A DNA stretch of 32,000 nucleotides, from the NCBI GenBank assembly GCA_016196885.1, contig JACPWU010000011.1, positions 105,467 to 137,466 on the forward strand, in the 5' to 3' direction. This DNA comes from Chlamydiota bacterium. Lineage in GTDB: Bacteria > Auribacterota > JACPWU01. Position 1 is the first letter of the stretch. Each line of letters starts with the position of its first letter. The notes under the pieces are model-generated. The model ran no database searches. It saw only the letters and a list, made by a program, of their open reading frames with translations, and had not been told where the DNA came from. The position numbers and the translations under genes are program-made. Of this stretch, positions 7,418 to 14,679 are shown in pieces.

Positions 7418-8758
7418 ATGAAAATACTTAGAGAAAAATCAGAACATATTTTCGAGACTATCCTCAAAGCCAGTCAGGCGGATGAGACCGAGATACACTT
7501 TTCTCAAACCGCGTACTCCCTCACCCGTTTTGCAAACAATGAAATTCACCAAAATATGGGAGATGAAGACGTAGAAATTTCTATTCGTTCTTGTTTCGGT
7601 AAAAAAACCGCTCGCGTCACCACCAACAAAACGGATCCAGAATCTCTCAAAAAAATGACTCAACTGTCCAATCATCTGGCTTCTTTGAATCACGAAGATC
7701 CACATCTTCTGCCCATGCCAAAGCCTCAAAAATATGAGGGGGTTCATCACGCCTATGAAAAGACAGATCACATGAAAGCCGAGACAAGAGCCCACGCCGT
7801 TAAAGTTCCGATTCAAATTGCTCAAAGTAAAAATTTACAATCAGCCGGAATTTTCTCAAACAGCTTTACTCGGTTTGCCATCGGAAATTCAAAAGGCCTG
7901 AGGGCCTATTCAGAAGAAACGTATGCCGTTTTTTCAACCACCATGATGTCCAATTCCTCAGGATCTGGCTGGGCAAAATTTGGTCATTCAGATGCAAGCA
8001 AAATTCCCGTTGAGACACTGGCCCTCGAAGCCTCTGAAAAAGCGGTGTTGAGCAAAAATCCTATCGAACTACCTGCAGGGACTTACACCGTTATTTTAGA
8101 ACCCTCTGCTGTTCTTGACCTTTTGGAATTTATGCTCATGGATTTTGGAGGGCTTTCGGTTTTAGAACAAAGAAGCGCCTTCACCGAAAAAAGAGGACAA
8201 AAAATATTTGGGTCCAACATCACCCTTCATGATAACGTCTATCATCCCCTTCAATCAGGGGCTCCTTTTGATGGCGAGGGAATTCCAAAACAGAAAATAA
8301 CATTGGTTGAAAAAGGAATCTTAAAAAATTTAGTTTACAGCCAATCGAGTGCCCATCGGGCAAACGCAAAACCGACGGGCCACGGCTTTGCCATTCCAAA
8401 TGATGGGGGTGAAGCCCCTCTTAATATTGTCATGGAAGGAGGTAATACCTCTTTAAAACAAATGATTGAAAATACAAATCAGGGTTTACTCATCACCCGA
8501 TTCTGGTATATTCGTGAGGTGGACCCCATGCAAAAGATTTTGACGGGGATGACGCGGGACGGGACTTTCTTGATCGAAGACGGAAAAATGAGAGATGCGG
8601 TGAAAAACTTTAGATTCAATGAAAGCCTCTTTCATCTCTTCAACAATGTCGAAGAATTGGGAGAGCCTGTGAGAGCCTCGGGAGAAGAAGGAATCGACAG
8701 GGTCGTTCCCGCTTTGAAAGCCAAGGATTTTCATTTTACAAGCAGTACTAAATACTAA
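7418..8758 (+). CDS. pmbA: PmbA/TldE-family protein (TldD partner)
   Basis: ORF 7403..8758. The ATG at 7418 (MKILREK) is preferred over the TTG at 7403, which lies inside the repeat. The fold is TldD/PmbA-like but lacks HExxxH, as expected for PmbA. Confidence 0.8.
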   Translation: MKILREKSEHIFETILKASQADETEIHFSQTAYSLTRFANNEIHQNMGDEDVEISIRSCFGKKTARVTTNKTDPESLKKMTQLSNHLASLNHEDPHLLPMPKPQKYEGVHHAYEKTDHMKAETRAHAVKVPIQIAQSKNLQSAGIFSNSFTRFAIGNSKGLRAYSEETYAVFSTTMMSNSSGSGWAKFGHSDASKIPVETLALEASEKAVLSKNPIELPAGTYTVILEPSAVLDLLEFMLMDFGGLSVLEQRSAFTEKRGQKIFGSNITLHDNVYHPLQSGAPFDGEGIPKQKITLVEKGILKNLVYSQSSAHRANAKPTGHGFAIPNDGGEAPLNIVMEGGNTSLKQMIENTNQGLLITRFWYIREVDPMQKILTGMTRDGTFLIEDGKMRDAVKNFRFNESLFHLFNNVEELGEPVRASGEEGIDRVVPALKAKDFHFTSSTKY

Positions 8759-8760
8759 AT

Positions 8761-8886
8761 TCGGAATACGAAACTCGAAGCACGAAACAAATTTAAAATT
8801 CAAATATTTAAACATTCGAAACGTTTATAATTTTGAATTTGAGTTTTAGAATTTGTTTCGAATTTCGACATTCGAATTTCGTGCTT
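8761..8886 (+). repeat. Inverted pair of heptamer arrays forming a long imperfect hairpin
   Basis: Left array: TCGGAAT ACGAAAC TCGAAGC ACGAAAC (8761-8788). Right array: GTTTCGA ATTTCGA CATTCGA ATTTCGT (8855-8882). AAGCACGAAA (8778-8787) pairs with TTTCGTGCTT (8877-8886). The central palindrome AAACGTTT is at 8819-8826. Confidence 0.75.
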
Positions 8887-8927
8887 AAAAAAACTATAAA
8901 ACCATTATTATCTTAGAAGGCATTTTT

Positions 8928-9770
8928 ATGAAAATTAAAGCCATGATCCGCCTCGCCCATTCCCCCGACGCGGACGACGCCTTCATGTTCTATGGGCTCG
9001 CCAAGGGATTTATTCAAGATGAAGACATAGAATTTTCGCATACACTCTGTGACATTGAGAGTCTGAATCAAAAAGCAAAAGTTGGGTTTTACGAAGTCAC
9101 GGCCCTTTCGGTCCACGCCTATCCCTATGTCAGCAACCAATACGATATTCTCTTGCATGGGGCCAGTATTGGAGATAATTACGGCCCCCTTTTAGTGGCC
9201 AGAGAAAAAATAAGAATCGAAGATCTTGCAAAAAAAACCATCGCAGTTCCAGGCACCCTGACCACTGCCTATCTCGCACTACGTCTTTTCAATCCCAATC
9301 TCAAAACGGTCATCGTTCCCTTCAACCAAATCATTTCGCATGTCGAAGAAGGCAAGGCCGATGTGGGACTCATCATTCACGAAGGCCAACTGACTTTCTC
9401 TGAAAATGGGCTTCATAAACTATTAGATTTGGGAGAATGGTGGTATGAGAAAACAAGACTTCCCCTTCCTTTAGGGGTCAATGGGATTCGAAAGGACTTA
9501 GATCCACCCCTTCAGAAAAAAATTGCTCGGCTTCTGAAAGAAAGCATTTGCTACGCCCTCTCCCACCGCAACGAAGCGCTACAGCATGCCTTACAATTCG
9601 CCCGAGGGATGGACCCCAAACTCGCGGATCAATTTATTGGCATGTACGTCAATGAAGAAACCGTAAAAATGAGCAAGAGAAGCCAAAAGGCGATTCAAGT
9701 TCTTCTCGATCAAGCGTTCGAGGCAAAACTGATTTCTACTGACAAACCTTCTCTCCAATACATTGAATGA
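8928..9770 (+). CDS. MqnA/MqnD-family protein (futalosine-route menaquinone biosynthesis fold, PF02621-like)
   Basis: 280 aa. The N-terminal LAHSPDADDAFMFYGL block is typical of this periplasmic-binding-protein-like family. GAAGG lies 8 nt upstream of the ATG. I cannot tell MqnA from MqnD by eye. Confidence 0.65.
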   Translation: MKIKAMIRLAHSPDADDAFMFYGLAKGFIQDEDIEFSHTLCDIESLNQKAKVGFYEVTALSVHAYPYVSNQYDILLHGASIGDNYGPLLVAREKIRIEDLAKKTIAVPGTLTTAYLALRLFNPNLKTVIVPFNQIISHVEEGKADVGLIIHEGQLTFSENGLHKLLDLGEWWYEKTRLPLPLGVNGIRKDLDPPLQKKIARLLKESICYALSHRNEALQHALQFARGMDPKLADQFIGMYVNEETVKMSKRSQKAIQVLLDQAFEAKLISTDKPSLQYIE

Positions 9771-9803
9771 CTTGCCATTTAACCCCCCCATTTAGTATAA
9801 TTC

Positions 9804-9826
9804 ATTTAATTATATTTAATTATAAT
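9804..9826 (+). promoter_or_regulatory. Candidate abiE promoter/operator: direct repeat ATTTAATTAT x2 overlapping TATAAT
   Basis: ATTTAATTAT at 9804-9813 and again at 9814-9823. TATAAT at 9821-9826, 17 nt before the ATG at 9844. No Shine-Dalgarno sequence. Confidence 0.4.
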
Positions 9827-9843
9827 TATCCTAAATTCTAAAA

Positions 9844-10437
9844 ATGAAATTTAATGATTTTCGAAAAAAAATGAAGAAATCCATCTTTGGGGTCAAAGAG
9901 GCCCAAAGAATTGCCTGGGAAACCCAGCCCGCCGTCCTTAATCTCCAACTCTATCAATGGGTTAAGGCTGGAAACCTCATCCGTATGAGACGAGGCATCT
10001 ATGCATTCCCAGATCAAATTCAAAGTCAACTGGCCTTGGTCCAGACCCTTTACCCTCCGGCTTACATCAGCCTAGAAAGCGCCCTGTCCCGTTATGGCTT
10101 AATGCCCGACGTCGTGTTTGCACTGACCCTGATCACCCCCAGGTTAACACGCCGCTTCAAAACACCGGTGGGATATTTTATTTACCATCACATGAAACAG
10201 GATTTGTTTTGGGGATTTGATCCTGATACCCTGATGGCCCAAAAAGAAAAGGCCTTGGTTGATTATCTTTATTTCAATAGATTTCTCTTAATGCCACAGA
10301 CCCAATGCTGGGAAGGTCTGCGGTGGCAAAATTTGAAGGGAGTCCATTTCAAACGGGCAAGGGCTTATGCCCGAAAGACGGGAATTAAAAAGGTTCTAGA
10401 CCTCATCATTTCTCTGGAGACGTATGGAAAGAATTAA
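9844..10437 (+). CDS. abiEi: AbiEi-family antitoxin/transcriptional regulator (type IV TA)
   Basis: 197 aa. N-terminal winged-helix-like region with LIRMRRGIYAF, typical of AbiEi. It overlaps the downstream AbiEii gene by 14 nt. Confidence 0.75.
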   Translation: MKFNDFRKKMKKSIFGVKEAQRIAWETQPAVLNLQLYQWVKAGNLIRMRRGIYAFPDQIQSQLALVQTLYPPAYISLESALSRYGLMPDVVFALTLITPRLTRRFKTPVGYFIYHHMKQDLFWGFDPDTLMAQKEKALVDYLYFNRFLLMPQTQCWEGLRWQNLKGVHFKRARAYARKTGIKKVLDLIISLETYGKN

Positions 10438-11257
10438 GAAAATTGTCCAAGAACTTCGAAACCGTCCCACTGCGATAACCGAGGAAGCTCTTCTCAATAT
10501 CATTCGTGAATACCTTCAGGTGCTCGTCCTAAAAAGTATTTTCCAATCCAAATGGGGAACGCATCTTTCTTTCATGGGGGGAACATGTCTAAGAATTTGT
10601 TATGATTTGAAACGCTACTCTGAAGATCTTGATTTTTGTCTGGATGAGCCTTCAAAGGCCTATGATTTTTCAAAAATGGTTTATCACAGCCAGTATGATC
10701 TGGGTCTTCTGGGAATCAGCGCTGAGGTAAACATTCATGATGACAAGATCGTCCAAAAAGCCTTCTTGAGAGTGGCCCATCTCAAAGAAATTCTCGAGTT
10801 AAAAACATTTCGAAAAGACCAAAAATTACATATCAAGTTAGAAGTGGATAGGCATCCCCCTCGTTTAAAAAAAGAGGAGCGGGAAAGTTTCTTTGTCAAT
10901 CGCTTTCAGGAAATTTTTCCAATTTTAAAACACAATCTTCCAACCCTGTTTTCCGGAAAGGTTCTGGCCATTTTACAAAGACCCTACGCTCGGGGCCGAG
11001 ACTACTATGATCTTATTTGGTATTTGAGTCGCAAAACACCCGTCAATCTTAACTACCTCAATCGAGGTTACAAAGGAGAACCTTTCAAGAGTTGGCAAGA
11101 CGTTCTCACCTCTTTGAAGAAAAAAGTTGAAGAGGTTCGCTCCCGTACCCTTCTCAAAGACATTGACAGATTTTTAGAAGATCCTCAGGAAAGACAATGG
11201 ATTTTTCAATACCAAAACCTTTTCCGACAATTGATCGAGGAGAATCCGAAAAAATAG
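10424..11257 (+). CDS. abiEii: AbiEii/AbiGii-family nucleotidyltransferase toxin
   Basis: 277 aa with LSFMGGTCLRICYDLKRYSEDLDF, the family signature (GG-T-LR...R-SEDLDF), and the later RGRDYYDL block. Confidence 0.85.
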   Translation: MERIKKIVQELRNRPTAITEEALLNIIREYLQVLVLKSIFQSKWGTHLSFMGGTCLRICYDLKRYSEDLDFCLDEPSKAYDFSKMVYHSQYDLGLLGISAEVNIHDDKIVQKAFLRVAHLKEILELKTFRKDQKLHIKLEVDRHPPRLKKEERESFFVNRFQEIFPILKHNLPTLFSGKVLAILQRPYARGRDYYDLIWYLSRKTPVNLNYLNRGYKGEPFKSWQDVLTSLKKKVEEVRSRTLLKDIDRFLEDPQERQWIFQYQNLFRQLIEENPKK

Positions 11258-11285
11258 ACCTTCTCCTCCCCGCGTAAAACCCAGC

Positions 11286-12515
11286 TTACCTACCCGGCCC
11301 CGGTCTCTCTTGCCCCAAGTCACCCCCTGAAGACCCTGGACCTGGGAGACCGCCTCCGTCAGGCTTGGGAATTTCAGGCCCAGGCTGATCTACGGGTCCA
11401 CTTCCAGGAAGATTCGATCCAACAGAACCGGGTCCCGGAAGTCCACCTCCATCACCTATTTTCTCACCGAGACCCGAACTTCCTAAAACATGGGATCCCT
11501 CACTCTTGGATAAAGATTCTTTGACAGAAGAAATATTTTCTTTCAAAGAAGAATGAGAAGCAGAATTAAAATCGATTTGAGAATGGATCTGAGAGGTCAC
11601 ATCCTTCGCAAAATCCTGCCTTGGAACATCCAAACGCCCCATCCCATTTTTAAACTGCTCGGCGAGGGTCTTAAAATCTCCTCCTTGAAGTTTGAGCATC
11701 TCTTTAAACCCTTGAAGATCTTGAGAGTTAAATTTATCCTTGAGATCATTCTTCATTTCATCGGTCAGTTTGGGTAAGTGCGTCCCCTGATGGGTTTGAT
11801 AAAGTTGTTTCAACTTTGCCTTGATGCGTTCTCTTGTGCTTTCTCCACCTCTGGGCTCCTGATCCTGACCCGAAGGGAGACTGTTCGTCAATCCACCTTC
11901 TGTTTGAGCGCCTCCTGAAACAGGAACCTGAGTACTCCCCACATACCCGCCCTGCTGATGATCGGATGAACCATGAACGCCTGAAGAATCGCCTTCCGTT
12001 TCATTGGATGAAGTAGTCTGATCTGTTTGCTGTGAAGTTTGATCGCTGGTAGAAGTTTGATCGCTGGTACTGGTGTTCGTATTAGTTCCTTCAGATCCGT
12101 CTTGAGACTCTCCCTGTGAAGAAGAATTTTCTTCCTGATAATGTTGAATGGCTTTTTTAATGAGGCGATGCCTACGATGATGACGTTTTTTAGAGGAAGA
12201 CTTTCGAAGGGAAGATTTTCGATGAGATGATTTTCCGCTTTTCAACTTCTTAAAATCTGGTTTTTCTTTTGCCTTTCCTTGTAATTTCTTTTCTGCCTTT
12301 TTACCCTCCCCACCTCGCTCCTGGCTGGCATGTTCTTGAGGAGGCTCTGAAGCCTTTTCTTCGTGGGTTCCTTGCGAGTTTCCTTCCGGGGAAGCACGAT
12401 TTTGCCCCGGCCCAGGCCCCCCAGCACCCGCTTCTCCGCCAGGACCTAAGTCCTGAGAATATCCGCTCAGGGCAAAGAAGATAAGGACAATAAAAAGAGT
12501 AACCTTTCGTCCCAT
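11286..12515 (-). CDS. Secreted low-complexity / intrinsically disordered protein, no family recognised
   Basis: 409 aa. Signal peptide MGRKVTLFIVLIFFALSGYSQD. GGGLPGPGS occurs twice near the C-terminus and G/P-rich sequence is also present at the N-terminus. Polybasic patch KKRHHRRHR, S/T/Q/D tract TSTSDQTSTSDQTSQQTDQTTSS. GGGAG lies 7 nt upstream of the ATG. Confidence 0.6.
   Translation of the reverse strand: MGRKVTLFIVLIFFALSGYSQDLGPGGEAGAGGPGPGQNRASPEGNSQGTHEEKASEPPQEHASQERGGEGKKAEKKLQGKAKEKPDFKKLKSGKSSHRKSSLRKSSSKKRHHRRHRLIKKAIQHYQEENSSSQGESQDGSEGTNTNTSTSDQTSTSDQTSQQTDQTTSSNETEGDSSGVHGSSDHQQGGYVGSTQVPVSGGAQTEGGLTNSLPSGQDQEPRGGESTRERIKAKLKQLYQTHQGTHLPKLTDEMKNDLKDKFNSQDLQGFKEMLKLQGGDFKTLAEQFKNGMGRLDVPRQDFAKDVTSQIHSQIDFNSASHSSLKENISSVKESLSKSEGSHVLGSSGLGEKIGDGGGLPGPGSVGSNLPGSGPVDQPGPEIPKPDGGGLPGPGSSGGDLGQERPGPGR
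12035..12070 (-). repeat. Near-perfect 18-nt in-frame tandem duplication inside the disordered-protein gene
   Basis: AAGTTTGATCGCTGGTAG (12035-12052) and AAGTTTGATCGCTGGTAC (12053-12070) on the plus strand. They encode the TSTSDQ/TSTSDQ repeat. Confidence 0.8.
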
Positions 12516-12626
12516 AAAAAATCTCCCATTCCACTATAATATAATAACACGGAAAGAGCGAAAGGGTAAGGGAGAGGGATAAATTTTCTTAATTATCTCC
12601 AAGACAACGTGTTACAAGGTAAAGTG

Positions 12627-12908
12627 TTACGACAAAATCTCTTTCAAAATTTTCTCGGCCTCGTCCTTTTCCACCTTAGAATACCAGACATGCCTCGGGG
12701 TCACCATCACATTAGGGCCTTGGGCACAAAGGTCAAAGCAACCCGAGCGCGTGACCCTTACTTTTCCCCTGAGACCGTGCAACTCGACATAAGACTTCAA
12801 AAACTCACAAAGAGCCTCTCCCGCCTTGCCACAAGCAGCTTCTCCCTGTTCCCGTTCTTTTGTGCAAACGAAAAGATGTTTAAGATAAGGGTTGGATGAT
12901 TTTTTCAT
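12627..12908 (-). CDS. Thioredoxin-like [2Fe-2S] ferredoxin (Aquifex Fd4 / NuoE-fold family)
   Basis: 93 aa. HLFVC...AAC...SGCFDLCAQGPNVMVTPRHVWYSKV matches the Cys spacing and the GP-V-V-P--VWY block of this family. Its ATG (12906-12908) overlaps the HEPN stop (12905-12907). Confidence 0.85.
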   Translation of the reverse strand: MKKSSNPYLKHLFVCTKEREQGEAACGKAGEALCEFLKSYVELHGLRGKVRVTRSGCFDLCAQGPNVMVTPRHVWYSKVEKDEAEKILKEILS

Positions 12909-13312
12909 TTTGATTCAGCCTTCAGATTTTGTTCTATTTTCTTTTGAACCTGATTAAAACCCTCTGCTACCTTCTGCCGAATAAACTCATAAATCTTTTT
13001 CATCTCTTCCTCAGAATAAACATGTGTGGTCATGTTTCGAGCATCTATAATTTCCATGAAAAGTTTTTCGTCTTCTATCAAACCCGCCTGAAAAGCAAAC
13101 TTAAAACATTCCCTCGGGCTAAAGGCCTGAACTTTATGAAAACGCGCCATTTTCTTAAACGTCTTCCATAAAAGTTCATACGTAAATTCAAAACGCTGAA
13201 TCACGGCATCTTGCTGAAGGGGGTGTGGCTTCTCTTTCAAAGCTTCTAAAAACCTTTGATATGCTTTCTTAAATTGTCCAAACAGACTCTCGATTTCTGT
13301 GTCTGATGCCAT
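12905..13312 (-). CDS. hepT: HEPN-domain protein, HI0074-type (nucleotidyltransferase substrate-binding protein family); putative toxin
   Basis: 135 aa. R-x4-H motif in DARNMTTHVY and the typical QRFEFTYELLWKTFK block. AGGAG lies 8 nt upstream of the ATG at 13312. Confidence 0.85.
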   Translation of the reverse strand: MASDTEIESLFGQFKKAYQRFLEALKEKPHPLQQDAVIQRFEFTYELLWKTFKKMARFHKVQAFSPRECFKFAFQAGLIEDEKLFMEIIDARNMTTHVYSEEEMKKIYEFIRQKVAEGFNQVQKKIEQNLKAESK

Positions 13313-13602
13313 ATCTCAATCTCCTGAAGGGCTTCTTTTAGAAAAACGGGATCCGTTATATTTGAAAAATCAATCACGTCTACGTTTCTCAGAGTTTGAA
13401 CGTGTTCACCCAAATCATCCCTCACTCTTGCAAGGACAGAACGCTCCAAAGGTTGATCACTCAGAAGGCCAATATCAATATCCGAACTGGAATCCATTTC
13501 CCCTTTAGCGAAAGATCCGAAAAGGAAAATGACCACCTCTTCTTTTGGTAGATATTTGAAAAGAACACTCAAAATCGATGTTTTCACCGCATCAGAAACC
13601 AT
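13246..13602 (-). CDS. mntA: MNT-type minimal nucleotidyltransferase; putative cognate antitoxin
   Basis: 118 aa with LFGSFAKGE...SSDIDIGLL (the GS-x-G...D-x-D polymerase-beta-type motif). Its 3' end overlaps the HEPN gene by 67 nt in another frame. Confidence 0.8.
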   Translation of the reverse strand: MVSDAVKTSILSVLFKYLPKEEVVIFLFGSFAKGEMDSSSDIDIGLLSDQPLERSVLARVRDDLGEHVQTLRNVDVIDFSNITDPVFLKEALQEIEIWHQTQKSRVCLDNLRKHIKGF

Positions 13603-13729
13603 AACGCATTCTTTAAAATTTCTTCACATTATACCTTATCAGCGTTTTAAAACACGACTTTTCACGAATTTTTGTAATGTCTAATTTTATATTTACTCTC
13701 TTTTGCAGAAGGTCTATGATGTTCGCGCT

Positions 13730-14584
13730 ATGAAAAAAGCTTCGATCGATGAATTAAAAAAGCTCGCTCAAGAGATGAGAAAAGACATCATTGTCATGCT
13801 TGGGAAAGCGGGATCGGGGCATCCCGGAAGCTCGCTCTCAGTCATTGACATCATCACCGCCCTTTTCTTTAATGTCATGCATCACAATCCCAAGGATCCG
13901 CAAGACAAAAACCGCGATCGCTTCATTTTGAGCAAAGGTCATGCGGTCCCCGCCCTTTATGCAGCTTACGCGCGAGCGGGATATTTCCCTTATGAATGGA
14001 TTTATACCTTAAGGCAGTTGGGCTCTCCCTTACAAGGGCATCCGGATCGCCGGAAACTCTCATTTTTAGAGGCTTCGACAGGCTCTCTCGGACAGGGACT
14101 TTCTATTGGGATTGGTATTTGCCTAGCAGCCAAACTCGATAAAAAAGATTACCGAACTTATTGCATTATCGGAGATGGAGAATCCAATGAAGGCCAAATA
14201 TGGGAAGCCGCCATGTTTGCCTCCCATCATGAAGTAGATAATTTAACAGTGATTTTGGACTACAATAAATTTCAATTGGATGGTCCAGTCAAAGATATTT
14301 TGGACATGGAGCCCATGGAAAAAAAATGGTCTAGTTTCGGTTGGCATACCCAGGAAGTGGATGGGCACAACATGCAAGAAATTGTAGACGCATTAGAGAA
14401 ATCAAAAACGGTTAAAAAGCAGCCTTCTATTATCATAGCGCATACCGTCAAAGGCAAAGGCGTTTCTTTCATGGAAAACAACAATCATTTTCATGGGGTT
14501 GCTCCCACGGCGGACGAAACACGCAAGGCACTACTTGAGCTTGGAGAATCTAGGGAAGAAATTGAAGAAGTTTTAAAAAGATAA
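13730..14584 (+). CDS. tkt: Transketolase, N-terminal (TPP-binding) subunit
   Basis: ORF 13703..14584. The ATG at 13730 (MKKASIDELKK) is preferred. Motifs GSGHPGSSLS, SKGHAVPALYA and GDGESNEGQIWEA. Confidence 0.9.
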   Translation: MKKASIDELKKLAQEMRKDIIVMLGKAGSGHPGSSLSVIDIITALFFNVMHHNPKDPQDKNRDRFILSKGHAVPALYAAYARAGYFPYEWIYTLRQLGSPLQGHPDRRKLSFLEASTGSLGQGLSIGIGICLAAKLDKKDYRTYCIIGDGESNEGQIWEAAMFASHHEVDNLTVILDYNKFQLDGPVKDILDMEPMEKKWSSFGWHTQEVDGHNMQEIVDALEKSKTVKKQPSIIIAHTVKGKGVSFMENNNHFHGVAPTADETRKALLELGESREEIEEVLKR

Positions 14585-14654
14585 AAGTTGGAGGTTGGAC
14601 GATAAAAATCAAAACTGGTTTTTCCTCTAACGTCTAACATCCAACTTCTAACTT
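14585..14654 (+). repeat. Heptamer-word hairpin between the two transketolase genes
   Basis: AAGTTGGAGGTTGGA (14585-14599) pairs with TCCAACTTCTAACTT (14640-14654): 13 Watson-Crick pairs plus 2 G:U. The right arm belongs to the 7-nt periodic array CGTCTAA CATCCAA CTTCTAA CTTGCAA. Confidence 0.7.
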
Positions 14655-14679
14655 GCAACTTAATTAAAAGGCAATAAAA

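Noticed and set aside
11286-12515. Collagen-like triple-helix protein (G/P-rich ends)
   Set aside because: The G-X-Y periodicity is not sustained beyond two or three triplets (GLP GPG, then broken). The composition is better described as generic disorder.
12609-12899. 96-aa plus-strand ORF antisense to the ferredoxin gene
   Set aside because: The minus-strand frame has the full [2Fe-2S] ferredoxin signature and is coupled to the HEPN stop. The plus-strand product has no motifs.
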